DNA of 64,000 nt. Source: a virus. Every line of letters begins with the position of its first letter. Within the stretch, counting starts at the first letter, position 1. This document shows, one piece after another, positions 10,164 to 19,472 of the stretch. A program made the translations under genes and the position numbers. Where the stretch lies: positions 1,400 through 65,399 of IMG/VR virus record IMGVR_UViG_2858635475_000003; one strand, 5' to 3'. The notes under the pieces are model-generated. The model saw nothing but the letters and a program-made list of their open reading frames with translations, was not told the DNA's origin and did no database searches.

Positions 10164-10290
10164 TTCGTCCGCAGTTCTCCCTGATTTCTCTCTAACTGCG
10201 GACTGTCAGAAATGTTGAAACTGAAACTCGCTGGCCGTCCATCAGACGGATACACCTTCTGCCGTCTGCGCGAAGGGTTGGGGGCCGTAG

Positions 10291-12747
10291 ATGCTCCATG
10301 AAATTGAACCATTTGCGCGAGCAGGTTTTGCGATCCACTGGCTGCACCCGAAATCCAAGCGGCCGATCGGCAACGATTGGGCTTCGAAGCCAGTAAAGAC
10401 GCTGGACCAACTGCGCAGCAGCTACGAGGCCGGCGTATCCGGTAAAAACGTTGGCGTGAGACTCGGCAAGTGGTCGAAGGTCGGTTCCGATTTCCTGCTC
10501 GTCATCGATGTCGACATCCGCAAGCCGGAACTGGCGAAAGAAGCCTTTGCAGAACTAAAGCGCCTGTTTCCGGAATACGCGACGTATCCATCCGTGATCT
10601 CGGGATCGGGCGGCGCGAGCCGGCATTTCTACATCCTGACATCTCGTGAGTTCCCGTCGAAGCAGTTGGCTCACTCTGCACACCAATCCCTCGTTTGGGA
10701 TGAGAAGCAGCAGAAGGACGTGAAAAAGTGGGATTGGGAGATCGAGCTTTTCGGCACCGGCAAACAGGTTGCCATGCCGCCATCGATCCACCCGATCACC
10801 GGCAAACCCTATGTTTGGGAGCGCCCGTTCGACCTGGACGACCTCGATCTTGGCTTGGGTCCGTTCGTTGATTCGGATTACGTTGCCTCGCTAATCGACT
10901 ATGACGAGGAACGCGAGAACGCACCGGTCAATCCTGATGCCATTGAACCGCTCGGACTGACACCGGATCAGGTGCGCGAGATGTTGTCGAAGATCCCGAA
11001 TGAGGATTTCGACTACGAGGAATGGCTGAACGTCATGGCCTCTGTCCAGCATGAAGCGCAGGGACACCCTCTCTCGATCCGCAAGCAATTCTACGAGGTG
11101 TTTCGCGAGTGGTCAGCGAAATCATCCAAGCACGACGACGAGACGACCAAGGCCAAATACAAGAGCTTCAAGAACAGCCCGAACCGCAGGCAGCGCACGA
11201 TGCGCTCCATTCAGGCGCAGGTCCGCGAGATCGAGCTTGACGAGCAAATGGACGACCTCGGCGATGAGATTGATGATCTCGGGCCCGAGGAAGATGAGGA
11301 CGACGACGGCGAATTCGATGACGTGCTCGGCGGCGACCCCGACAAGCCGTCGAAACGAGAAATCAGACTGCGCAAGGCCGAGGTCGAGCACGCCTTCGGC
11401 ATTGTCCCGAAGCGCATCCAGCGCCTGAACGCAAAGCACGCCGTCACGTTTTTGAGCGGCAAGTGCGTGATTATCACCGAAAATTCTGACGGAACCACCT
11501 CTTACGGCACCCCCGGTGAGCTTCATAATTGGTACGAGAATGATCGCGTGGCGAGTGAGAAGGCCACGCAGCCTGTGTCAAAAGCCTGGATGCAGCATAA
11601 GGGGCGGCGCCAGTACCCGAACGGTGTCGTGTTCTCTCCTGGCAAGGAGCGGGACGGTTACTTCAACCACTGGAAAGGGTTCGATGTGGAGCCCGACCCC
11701 AAGGGTTCATGTCAAATGTGGCTGGACCACCTGCGCGAGATCATCTGTAACGGCAATGAAACGCACTACCGCTATGCGCTCGGCTGGTTCGCCCACATGA
11801 TCCAGAAGCCTTGGGAGAAACCAGGTGTCGCCATGGTGCTCCGCGGCAAAAAGCGGATCGGTAAGGATACGATCGCCGACTACTTCGCCGGCCTGATCAA
11901 GCGGTATCACGTCACGGTAGCAAATCAGGACCAGATGGTCGGCAAGTTCAATGCCCATCAGGAACGGTGCCTGCTTCTCCACGTGCAAGAAGGTTTTTGG
12001 GCCGGTAATAAGCAGGCCGAGGGTTCGCTGAAATACCTGATCACGTCCACCTCGGTGCTGATCGAGCCCAAGAGCGTCAACGCCTTTACGGTCGACAGTT
12101 ACCTGCGCCTTTTCATCTCGTCGAACGAAGATTGGGTGGTGCCAGCCACCGCGGACGAAGGCCGGTATTTTGTTCTCGACGTTTCCGACAAGCGAAAAGA
12201 CGACCACAAGTATTTCGGCGCGATGAAGCGCGAGATGATGAATGGCGGTCTGGAAGCCCTGCTCCACTACCTACAGAATTACGATCTCAGCAAGTTCGAG
12301 GTCCGCAAGGTGCCGGATACCAACGCGCTGGCCGATCAGAAAATCCAAGGCTTGAAGAACCTCGACAAATGGTGGTTCTCGATGCTCGAATCCGGCGAGC
12401 CCGAATTTGAATTCCAGAACATCAAGGGTATCGTTGCCGACTGGAATACGGAATCGATCGTTGTCGACCGAGACGATTTTCGCAATGTCTATTCAGCCTG
12501 GATGCGACACCAGCGTTATGACGGCAGTGAGCTTGTGAAATTCATGATCGGCAAGCGTCTGCGCGAACTGTGCCCGCAGATCGAGGACAGGCGGCGCCGG
12601 GACGGCGCGAAGCAGATTTGGACCTACGTGATTCCGAGCCTGCCGCAGTGCCGAGCGGAGTTCAGTAAATTCATGAATTCCGAGATCAAGTGGGAGACCA
12701 CTGATGTGCCTGAGATTATTCTGGAAGACGATTTCGACGATTTATAA
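10291..12747 (+). CDS. bifunctional primase-polymerase / D5-P4-type helicase
   Basis: PrimPol motifs (LLVIDVDIRKPE; SGSGGASRHFYIL). C-terminal P-loop NTPase (MVLRGKKRIGKDT). Ends EDDFDDL*. Confidence 0.8.
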   Translation: MLHEIEPFARAGFAIHWLHPKSKRPIGNDWASKPVKTLDQLRSSYEAGVSGKNVGVRLGKWSKVGSDFLLVIDVDIRKPELAKEAFAELKRLFPEYATYPSVISGSGGASRHFYILTSREFPSKQLAHSAHQSLVWDEKQQKDVKKWDWEIELFGTGKQVAMPPSIHPITGKPYVWERPFDLDDLDLGLGPFVDSDYVASLIDYDEERENAPVNPDAIEPLGLTPDQVREMLSKIPNEDFDYEEWLNVMASVQHEAQGHPLSIRKQFYEVFREWSAKSSKHDDETTKAKYKSFKNSPNRRQRTMRSIQAQVREIELDEQMDDLGDEIDDLGPEEDEDDDGEFDDVLGGDPDKPSKREIRLRKAEVEHAFGIVPKRIQRLNAKHAVTFLSGKCVIITENSDGTTSYGTPGELHNWYENDRVASEKATQPVSKAWMQHKGRRQYPNGVVFSPGKERDGYFNHWKGFDVEPDPKGSCQMWLDHLREIICNGNETHYRYALGWFAHMIQKPWEKPGVAMVLRGKKRIGKDTIADYFAGLIKRYHVTVANQDQMVGKFNAHQERCLLLHVQEGFWAGNKQAEGSLKYLITSTSVLIEPKSVNAFTVDSYLRLFISSNEDWVVPATADEGRYFVLDVSDKRKDDHKYFGAMKREMMNGGLEALLHYLQNYDLSKFEVRKVPDTNALADQKIQGLKNLDKWWFSMLESGEPEFEFQNIKGIVADWNTESIVVDRDDFRNVYSAWMRHQRYDGSELVKFMIGKRLRELCPQIEDRRRRDGAKQIWTYVIPSLPQCRAEFSKFMNSEIKWETTDVPEIILEDDFDDL

Positions 12748-12812
12748 TCAACTGTTTGTTGATTATGTAAACTGCTTGGGGTATGGTCATCGCAGTCACA
12801 AAGGAGATTGCG

Positions 12813-14219
12813 ATGACAGTTACTGGAAAAGATTTGATTGCGGCGGGCGCCGTGCCTGGAAAGTGGTTTCCGGAAGCTCTGCGTCTGATAAACGAAGAAG
12901 GTCTGACCATTCCGCAAGCGGTCGCGAGATGCGAACCCGCTCCTGCGTTGCCCCTGAGCCCCGCCCATTCGAAACCGATTTACGAAAACATCCGGTCCGA
13001 GAATGAGGCCGAAATGGCGAATGTTCTGGCCGTAAAACGCACTATGCAAGAAGTGATGCGCACGCCGGTCACGATCGCAGGCGCGATTATGCCAGATGCT
13101 TGCCCTGCCGGCCCGCTCGGAACGATTCCTGTCGGAGGCATCGTATCATCGACCGAAATCCATCCCGGTATGCATTCCGCCGACATCTGCTGCTCAATGG
13201 CAATCACTATCTTCGACGCCGCGGCGGATCCGAAAGAGCTTCTCGATGCTGTGAAAGAGGTTACCCACTTCGGACCAGGCGGTCGTCAGTTCGGCAACCA
13301 TGCGCTGAAAGCGGGAGAGTTTCGAGGCATCACTGACAGCGACAACCCCTTTCTTCAGGAGGCGAAAAAGTTGGCCTCGTCACATTTTGCCACACAAGGT
13401 GACGGAAACCATTTTGCCTATGTCGGGCGAATGAAGTCGGACGGTAAGGTTGCATTGGTGACCCACCACGGCTCTCGCGGTCCCGGCGCTATGCTCTACA
13501 AAGCAGGCATGCGGGTGGCCGAAAAGAACACTCGCGAAGTCTCACCTGAGACCCTGAAACAGAACGCCTGGATCAAGTCCGACAGCCGCGACGGCGAGCT
13601 TTATTGGGACGCCTTACAACATATCCGCAGGTGGACCAAAGCCAGCCATTTCCAAATCCATGACGATGCGGCGAAACTGTACCGTATGAACGTCAAGTCG
13701 GCCGGCTTCCGCACTCTGATGATCGAAGATCGATTTTGGAACGAGCACAACTTCGTTTTCAGGAAAAGCGATGGATTTTTCTATCACGCAAAGGGCGCGA
13801 CCCCTGCCTTCCTCAATTGGGCTGATGATGCCGGCGATCGAACCATCATTCCCTTGAACATGGGTGAGCCGATCTTGATTGTGCGCGGGCGCGATGCGCC
13901 CCATTCACTCGGGTTCTCGCCTCACGGCGCCGGCCGAAACTTCTCCCGCACTCAACACAAGCGTCTTATGGAGGGTCGCACCGACGAGGAAATCTTTGCC
14001 GAAGAAACCGCTCACATCGATGCACGCTTCTTCCTGGGCATCACCGATATTTCAGAGTTGCCGAGCGCATACAAAAACGCAGCGGCAGTGCGGGCGCAGA
14101 TCAACGAGTTCGGTCTGGCCGATATCGTTGATGAGGTGATCCCGTATGGCTGCATTATGGCCGGCGACTGGGAGCGGGATGCACCATGGAAGAAATCGCG
14201 GAAAGGCGGTGAAGCATGA
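12813..14219 (+). CDS. rtcB: RtcB-family RNA 3'-phosphate ligase
   Basis: RtcB signature blocks GDGNHF, HHGSRG and HGAGR. ATG at 12813 has an AAGGAG SD; an alternative upstream start at 12783 lies nearer the dyad motif. Confidence 0.85.
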   Translation: MTVTGKDLIAAGAVPGKWFPEALRLINEEGLTIPQAVARCEPAPALPLSPAHSKPIYENIRSENEAEMANVLAVKRTMQEVMRTPVTIAGAIMPDACPAGPLGTIPVGGIVSSTEIHPGMHSADICCSMAITIFDAAADPKELLDAVKEVTHFGPGGRQFGNHALKAGEFRGITDSDNPFLQEAKKLASSHFATQGDGNHFAYVGRMKSDGKVALVTHHGSRGPGAMLYKAGMRVAEKNTREVSPETLKQNAWIKSDSRDGELYWDALQHIRRWTKASHFQIHDDAAKLYRMNVKSAGFRTLMIEDRFWNEHNFVFRKSDGFFYHAKGATPAFLNWADDAGDRTIIPLNMGEPILIVRGRDAPHSLGFSPHGAGRNFSRTQHKRLMEGRTDEEIFAEETAHIDARFFLGITDISELPSAYKNAAAVRAQINEFGLADIVDEVIPYGCIMAGDWERDAPWKKSRKGGEA

Positions 14220-14413
14220 GTGCCGACTTCGTCACCGTCGCGCAGATTCGCGCCCAATTGGAGATCGCCCACGAACTGGCGAAATCCCATATCGGCTTCG
14301 TCGTTATGCCGGTGCTGAACAAGGACGCCTACCGCGTGCATCTGCTGAAACAGCAGGTCGCTTTGGAGGAAGTCGCGCAGGCCGCCGAACGAGCACAGGA
14401 GGGAGAGGTGTGA
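14216..14413 (+). CDS. hypothetical small protein
   Basis: ATGA overlap with the rtcB stop; 65 aa. Confidence 0.45.
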   Translation: MSADFVTVAQIRAQLEIAHELAKSHIGFVVMPVLNKDAYRVHLLKQQVALEEVAQAAERAQEGEV

Positions 14414-14922
14414 TGGATGATAACCAGATCAAACGCCTTGCCGCCGAAGCCTTCTGCCGATACCGAGGGATTGACCCGAATGCTCTTGAGCCAGGAGATG
14501 CCTATGGGATCGACGGCTATATGCGCAATGGCGATCCCGCACACTTCATCTGGCGGGAGTATGCCGATCATCGAGCAGTGGACGAGCTCGTTTACGGACT
14601 GAAGCAAATGTTCTCCCCGGCGAAACTCGCTCCGGATGAACTGAAACCGATCCGCCTCAGTTCCTTCCAGCGCGATGTGCTGCAACACCTGTTCGAGGAC
14701 GAGAAGCGCGAGTTTTATTCCTCGCTCAACAACATCGCGATCAACCTGCAGTGCGAAAAGAACAGGGTGCGGCTCGCCTGTCGAGCACTCAAACGGAAGG
14801 GTCTCGCCAAGCAGGTGCCGTTTCACGATGATGAGGGTTTCATCCGTGGCTCGGGTTACGGGATCACGCCGGACGGCATTACCTTTGCCGAGAAGCAGGG
14901 CTGGAAGGGAGCGGACGAATGA
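14413..14922 (+). CDS. hypothetical protein (possible winged-helix C-terminus)
   Basis: TGATG overlap with the upstream gene; 170 aa; ORF MDDNQIKRL... Confidence 0.5.
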   Translation: MDDNQIKRLAAEAFCRYRGIDPNALEPGDAYGIDGYMRNGDPAHFIWREYADHRAVDELVYGLKQMFSPAKLAPDELKPIRLSSFQRDVLQHLFEDEKREFYSSLNNIAINLQCEKNRVRLACRALKRKGLAKQVPFHDDEGFIRGSGYGITPDGITFAEKQGWKGADE

Positions 14923-15158
14923 AACTCCGCTGGGAGAAGCAGCCAAGTGTCCGCGGCGAGTCCTGGTTCGCCTACAGCGGCAAGCTGGTGATCGGCATGG
15001 TCGTCGAGCGTGATGATCGGACCATCGGCTACACCATGCATGCCGTCCATATGAAGTGGATTGGTAAGGGCTACGGAGAAGTCGCCTCGATCCAGTCTGG
15101 CAAGCGGGCGATCGAACGTGGGTGGCGCCAGTGGCTCACGGCAGCGGGATTGGTGTGA
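14919..15158 (+). CDS. hypothetical protein
   Basis: ATGA-coupled ORF; 79 aa. Confidence 0.45.
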   Translation: MKLRWEKQPSVRGESWFAYSGKLVIGMVVERDDRTIGYTMHAVHMKWIGKGYGEVASIQSGKRAIERGWRQWLTAAGLV

Positions 15159-15436
15159 TGGTCGCAAAACCAAAAACCCCATTGAGATGGTTCCCGGTCA
15201 TCCAAGAGCGCGCTGATTACAATGGGCGCTTTCCTGAAGACGACTTCCGCGCCTACCGAAAATTCTCGGTATGGCCGATCTCGTTTGCCACCCGCGCCGA
15301 ATGTGACGAGTTCATTTTCAGCACCTTCACGTTCGCCAACCTGCCACGCGCACGGAAGCGTTCGGTATCTTCGATGAACCAGGCGCAGCTTCGGAATGTG
15401 AACGTGCCAGGGCAGCCTTATCGGAGGTACGTGTGA
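15158..15436 (+). CDS. hypothetical protein
   Basis: TGATG-coupled; start at the internal Met (MVAKPKTPLRW). Confidence 0.45.
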   Translation: MVAKPKTPLRWFPVIQERADYNGRFPEDDFRAYRKFSVWPISFATRAECDEFIFSTFTFANLPRARKRSVSSMNQAQLRNVNVPGQPYRRYV

Positions 15437-15825
15437 TGCCGTTGACCAAACAGCAGATCGCCATCAAATGCTACTACGAGGGCCGGCGCAAACCGAAACG
15501 CCCGCCCCGTGACAAGATCGTGCTCGACGGCAAGGTCAAACTCACACCGCGGCGCCGTGAAATCCTGTTCCATATCGCTTTCACCGATGGCGTCCGGTGG
15601 CGGGAGGAACGCGATTGGAGCAATCGGTGGGAGAACCACCGCATCTTCGTTCCATATCTCGGTGAGACCTGCATCACGTCGATCGTCCAGTACCTGAAGC
15701 GGTGCCGGCTGATCGCTTGGCCCAAGGAAGGTGGTCATCCTTATCGACTGTCGTCCGTTCCGCCCATCTATCTCGTCATCCCTCGGGGTATGGATGCGCT
15801 TCTCGAATGCGTGGAGGGTTTGTGA
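15436..15825 (+). CDS. hypothetical protein
   Basis: Coupled ORF; 129 aa. Confidence 0.5.
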   Translation: MPLTKQQIAIKCYYEGRRKPKRPPRDKIVLDGKVKLTPRRREILFHIAFTDGVRWREERDWSNRWENHRIFVPYLGETCITSIVQYLKRCRLIAWPKEGGHPYRLSSVPPIYLVIPRGMDALLECVEGL

Positions 15826-15859
15826 TGAAGTGCTCATACTGCGGCAAGCCAGGGCACCC

Positions 15860-17002
15860 TTATTCGCCCGCTGGAACCGCAAGCTTGGCGCCGCCCATAT
15901 CCAGAGCAGGAAGTCCTTGATCCGTTTGCAACATCTTCGCCTTGGAGAGAGCAGTGACGCGGGGTCGAACGATTCTACGATATAGCCAATCTTCGGCTAT
16001 CCCGAAAAGGACACCTCCCGTGAGGCTGACCGTAATCATTATCGTAAATCGTTGAACCTCAGTGAGCGACGAGGTCATTTCTCCGACCAGAAAAATGATC
16101 GGGAAGTGGATTAGATATATCCCATACGACCAGCTACCCATCGAATTAATGTGTTTGGACACACGGTCGATCGGGTTCCTGATATTCGAAGCCGAATAGG
16201 TGATCCCAAGGCACGTGACAAGCAACAAGAATTGCCACAGAAACTGGTGCCGTTGTGCGAGTATGGTTACCACGCCCACCAAGGTCAGGAACACGCTCAG
16301 CGGGCCGTGCCTACCCTGTTTGGCAAGCGCCAGAAGCGCACCGCCGATGAAATACAAACCATAAGGGGACTGCCACACCATGGCCCCGAACAAACCATCA
16401 GGTGGCTCGGGAAAATTCGGGTACACGTAAAGAAGGGTTGCCGCCCACGCAACCATGAGCCAACCGTAAAACTGCCGCGGCATCAACATGATCAACGCGG
16501 TGATGAAGTAGAAATAGACCTCAAAATTCAACGTCCAGTACGGAACGCCGCTCCAACTGGCGTGTGATTTGCCCATCGGAAGCAAAAGAATGGAAGGGTC
16601 GAAAGAAATCTGTTCAGGTCGCACAGTCCCTCCCCCGACCATCATTGCGGTCCCGAGGACAAGAGCCACAAGATAACCGGGGTAAATGCGAGCAAGACGA
16701 AGGGTGATGAATGTGTTGACGCTAGAATGACGGGTCAGACACATAACGTAACCCGATATCACGAAGAAAATTAGCACTCCGACATTGCCAACATTCAGCG
16801 TCAGCCAATATTGATTGACAGGTTCCCACGGTCCATGTGGATTGGCCGGCGACGACCAGGCGAAAAGTGACGCGTGGAAGACAAGAACCAGGAGAGCGGT
16901 GCAAAATCTAAGACCTTGAATGCCGACGAGTTTACCGTCCCCCGCGCTCTTACCGTAATCCCCTATTGCCAAAGTCCCGCCTCCCGAGCCATTTATTAGC
17001 AT
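15860..17002 (-). CDS. acyltransferase family 3 membrane protein (candidate O-antigen/LPS acetyltransferase, lysogenic-conversion moron)
   Basis: Acyltransferase_3 N-terminal signature (GLRFCTALLVLVFHAS) and about 10 predicted TM helices. Oppositely oriented to the flanking phage genes. Confidence 0.75.
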   Translation of the reverse strand: MLINGSGGGTLAIGDYGKSAGDGKLVGIQGLRFCTALLVLVFHASLFAWSSPANPHGPWEPVNQYWLTLNVGNVGVLIFFVISGYVMCLTRHSSVNTFITLRLARIYPGYLVALVLGTAMMVGGGTVRPEQISFDPSILLLPMGKSHASWSGVPYWTLNFEVYFYFITALIMLMPRQFYGWLMVAWAATLLYVYPNFPEPPDGLFGAMVWQSPYGLYFIGGALLALAKQGRHGPLSVFLTLVGVVTILAQRHQFLWQFLLLVTCLGITYSASNIRNPIDRVSKHINSMGSWSYGIYLIHFPIIFLVGEMTSSLTEVQRFTIMITVSLTGGVLFGIAEDWLYRRIVRPRVTALSKAKMLQTDQGLPALDMGGAKLAVPAGE

Positions 17003-17138
17003 TTTGAAATGAAGTGCGCCTGATGATTGCGCCAGTCAAGAGCTTCTAACCTGAAGTGTGTACCTCGGTGATCACGAGGTCAGCAGGTGTTGTGAAGAAG
17101 CCGCAACATCCTTGCTTGCCTCGCAAGGTGCCGACAGT

Positions 17139-17696
17139 CTAAGCCCCAAGCACGTCCTCGAATTGAGCCATAGGGTTGGTGCGGCCATAAACTCTGAAAT
17201 TCACGTTACCGACCTTCCGTTCAAGACCGGTCGGCTGCCACCCGCCTTTTGTGAATGCCCGCTCAATCTTTCGGATTGGGCTCGCGTGCTCCCGCGACAA
17301 TCCGTTTGGGTCGACGCCAAAAAGGTTCTGCAAGACTGCCGCTGCGGTTATGGTGTGGCGCCGCGACTTTAGGAACTCGCGAACAAGCTTCTGATCCACA
17401 TTCCCAATGTCAAGCGGTTCTATGACCGATGCTTGATGGCCGGAAGGATAGTACATCCAATGTTGACGACCATCGATCCGTGCTCTGTCGCCACCCTTAA
17501 GCCATCCGCAATATGTCGACAGCACTATGCTCATTCGGTGCGCAACGTGCACGTCGTATTCGCTTGGGTCGCAACCAAGTGCTTCAACCCAAACCTGCTC
17601 GCAATAAGTTACGTCCTTGTCGCGCAGCCATTCTCGGATCTTATGAACCTGTTCGGATAGCTCCGACGTGTGATTAAGGGTCTTCATTTTTCTCAT
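17139..17696 (-). CDS. hypothetical protein ending QFEDVLGA
   Basis: 185 aa with no recognised domain. C-terminal F-E-D-V-L-G-A joins the recurrent tail-motif family. Lies next to the iteron region. Confidence 0.55.
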   Translation of the reverse strand: MRKMKTLNHTSELSEQVHKIREWLRDKDVTYCEQVWVEALGCDPSEYDVHVAHRMSIVLSTYCGWLKGGDRARIDGRQHWMYYPSGHQASVIEPLDIGNVDQKLVREFLKSRRHTITAAAVLQNLFGVDPNGLSREHASPIRKIERAFTKGGWQPTGLERKVGNVNFRVYGRTNPMAQFEDVLGA

Positions 17697-17784
17697 CTCG
17701 AACCTCTTTCGGTCAGGCAGTGAGATAAGTAAGGCAGAAATCCCGTGAAGTCAACTGTTTGTGGATTTTGGTTTGTTGAAAAGT

Positions 17785-18113
17785 CTCCTTATCTCACTTC
17801 CATGGTATCTTACACGTCCTTATCTCATTTTTTTCTCAGCAAGCTTCTGTAATTATTGAAGTTGTGACATTTTGAGATAGAGGAGATAAGGGAGATAAGG
17901 AGTTTTATTGCTCAGCAGAACAGACCGATTTTTTGCACACTTAGGTAGGTGCCTTTCCACTGGTTGGGTGGAGCATTCTTGTCGCCCTACACGGAAAACT
18001 CCTTATCTCATTTATCTACTCTATCTCAAAATGTCACTTATATAATAAAAACAATATGTTAAAAGAAAAAAAGTGAGATAAGGACGAGATAAGGAGGGGG
18101 TTTTGAGATAAGG
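17785..18113. repeat. AT-rich nested inverted iteron array, (T)GAGATAAGG / CCTTATCTC x >=11, plus 17-bp inverted repeat GTGACATTTTGAGATAG (17864-17880 / 18019-18035)
   Basis: Read directly. Copies point outward-inward symmetrically around a roughly 85-bp GC-richer core (17903-17985). Confidence 0.8.
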
Positions 18114-18293
18114 AGATTTTCGAAATCAGCGATTTTTTCCGAAAAACGGCAGTTTCGTAACGCTTAGAACCCTTCGGGCCAATTTCAGGGCCAAAATTTT
18201 TCCAAAAACTCTCGCAAGCCGGGGCTCGGCGCCCTCCGCACTGCGTTATTTCGATCGAGAGGGACCCGTAGCGCCTTGATAACGCTCATCTTT

Positions 18294-18500
18294 TCAAACG
18301 TAACGGTATGACGACAAGCCCGCGCTAACGCTATGTGAAGCTAACGCAATGAGGCCATCACATGTTACGTTCAGGTCGGTATGACAAGAATTGCATAAAC
18401 CCGTAACATGTGACGGTCTCGGTATGACAAGAAAGGTTTGCTTACCCACGGCGCATAAGTCCACAAACGGTTGACTATCTAACGCTATGACTGTATGAAA
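18294..18500. repeat. palindrome/direct-repeat cluster (CACATGTTACG..CGTAACATGTG inverted repeat; GGTATGACAAG x3; GCTAACGC x3)
   Basis: Read directly. Immediately upstream of the first plus-strand gene of the accessory cluster. Confidence 0.7.
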
Positions 18501-18525
18501 AGGATATGCGAAACGGATTGTCCAT

Positions 18526-19083
18526 ATGAACGGCGTAGGTACCAATCGAGCTATGGCGCTAAAGAAGGGGTTACCCTTCTATACCGGCAAGCAATGCTCT
18601 CAATGCCTGCAGCATAAGAAGCGGACGCACGATAAATGGTGTGCGGTATGCTACGATCTAGGGGACTTGAATTGGCAGTTAGCCCGCGCATGGGACCATG
18701 CCACACGCTCCCATATCAACGCCTTGGCACGCGCTCGATACCAGGCAAAGAAGGCGCATAACCCCGTCTTGTCTCTATATCTCAGAACATTCGAAACAGT
18801 CACCACAGTCACCACAAAGAAAGGAACTACCATGGCAACCGCATGCCCAAACAAAGCCAATGCCAGGAAGGCGGGCCGCAAGACTTACGGCACGGGAATA
18901 GCGTGTGAAGAATGCGACACTGATAGGCGCTATGTGGTGAGCGGCAATTGCGTGGAATGCGCCCGCGTATCAGCCAAGGCTTATCGCAAGACGCCTGCAG
19001 CACAAGAGGCGAACCGTGAACGGCAGGCCCGCTATAGGGCGCGCCAGTTGGCAAAGAAAATAGGTCTCCTTGATGATATTTAA
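18526..19083 (+). CDS. double zinc-ribbon protein (candidate regulator)
   Basis: Two C-x2-C-x12-C-x2-C units (CSQCLQHKKRTHDKWCAVC; CEECDTDRRYVVSGNCVEC) with a basic C-terminus. First gene after the repeat region, preceded by a dyad motif. Confidence 0.5.
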   Translation: MNGVGTNRAMALKKGLPFYTGKQCSQCLQHKKRTHDKWCAVCYDLGDLNWQLARAWDHATRSHINALARARYQAKKAHNPVLSLYLRTFETVTTVTTKKGTTMATACPNKANARKAGRKTYGTGIACEECDTDRRYVVSGNCVECARVSAKAYRKTPAAQEANRERQARYRARQLAKKIGLLDDI

Positions 19084-19163
19084 CCTGCCCCCATAATCAA
19101 CAAACAGTTGACTATTGCGTAACGCTGTGAGATAACAGACTCAACGAAACGGAGACGAGACAA

Positions 19164-19445
19164 ATGGAAACTACCCGTAAGAAAATCGGTCCTTTTTCCT
19201 TCACCTTTCGCGGGAACGTCGCATGGTGGAGTTATCGAAAAAAGCATTTCGGGACTTTGATTAAGGCAAGCGGGCGCGACAATATCTCAACAGTCGACAA
19301 GCTCAAAGCCTTCTTTGATCCAGCATGCCAAATCTATGGCGCAGACGGACTTGAGACGTTTGTACGCTGGAACATGAGCGATATTCCAGGGGCGCTTCAT
19401 TGGGCGGAGCATTACACGCGCTGCCGCTCCTCGGTCATTCGCTAA
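19164..19445 (+). CDS. hypothetical protein
   Basis: ORF with an upstream dyad motif (19093-19116). Confidence 0.4.
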   Translation: METTRKKIGPFSFTFRGNVAWWSYRKKHFGTLIKASGRDNISTVDKLKAFFDPACQIYGADGLETFVRWNMSDIPGALHWAEHYTRCRSSVIR

Positions 19446-19472
19446 AACTCAACCATTTGGGGATATATCACC

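Noticed and set aside
15825-15920. 31-aa ORF with a CCHC zinc-knuckle-like pattern (CxxCGxxGH)
   Set aside because: It is too short, overlaps the 3' end of the acyltransferase gene on the other strand, and the pattern is incomplete.
17900-17990. tRNA gene in the AT-rich core of the iteron region
   Set aside because: No cloverleaf-compatible arms or GTTC(G/A)A T-loop box could be read in the 85-bp core.
17785-18113. Possible CRISPR array, because of many short direct repeats
   Set aside because: Repeat units are only 9-11 bp, irregularly spaced, and present in both orientations, with no uniform spacers. This behaves as an iteron or binding-site array, not CRISPR.
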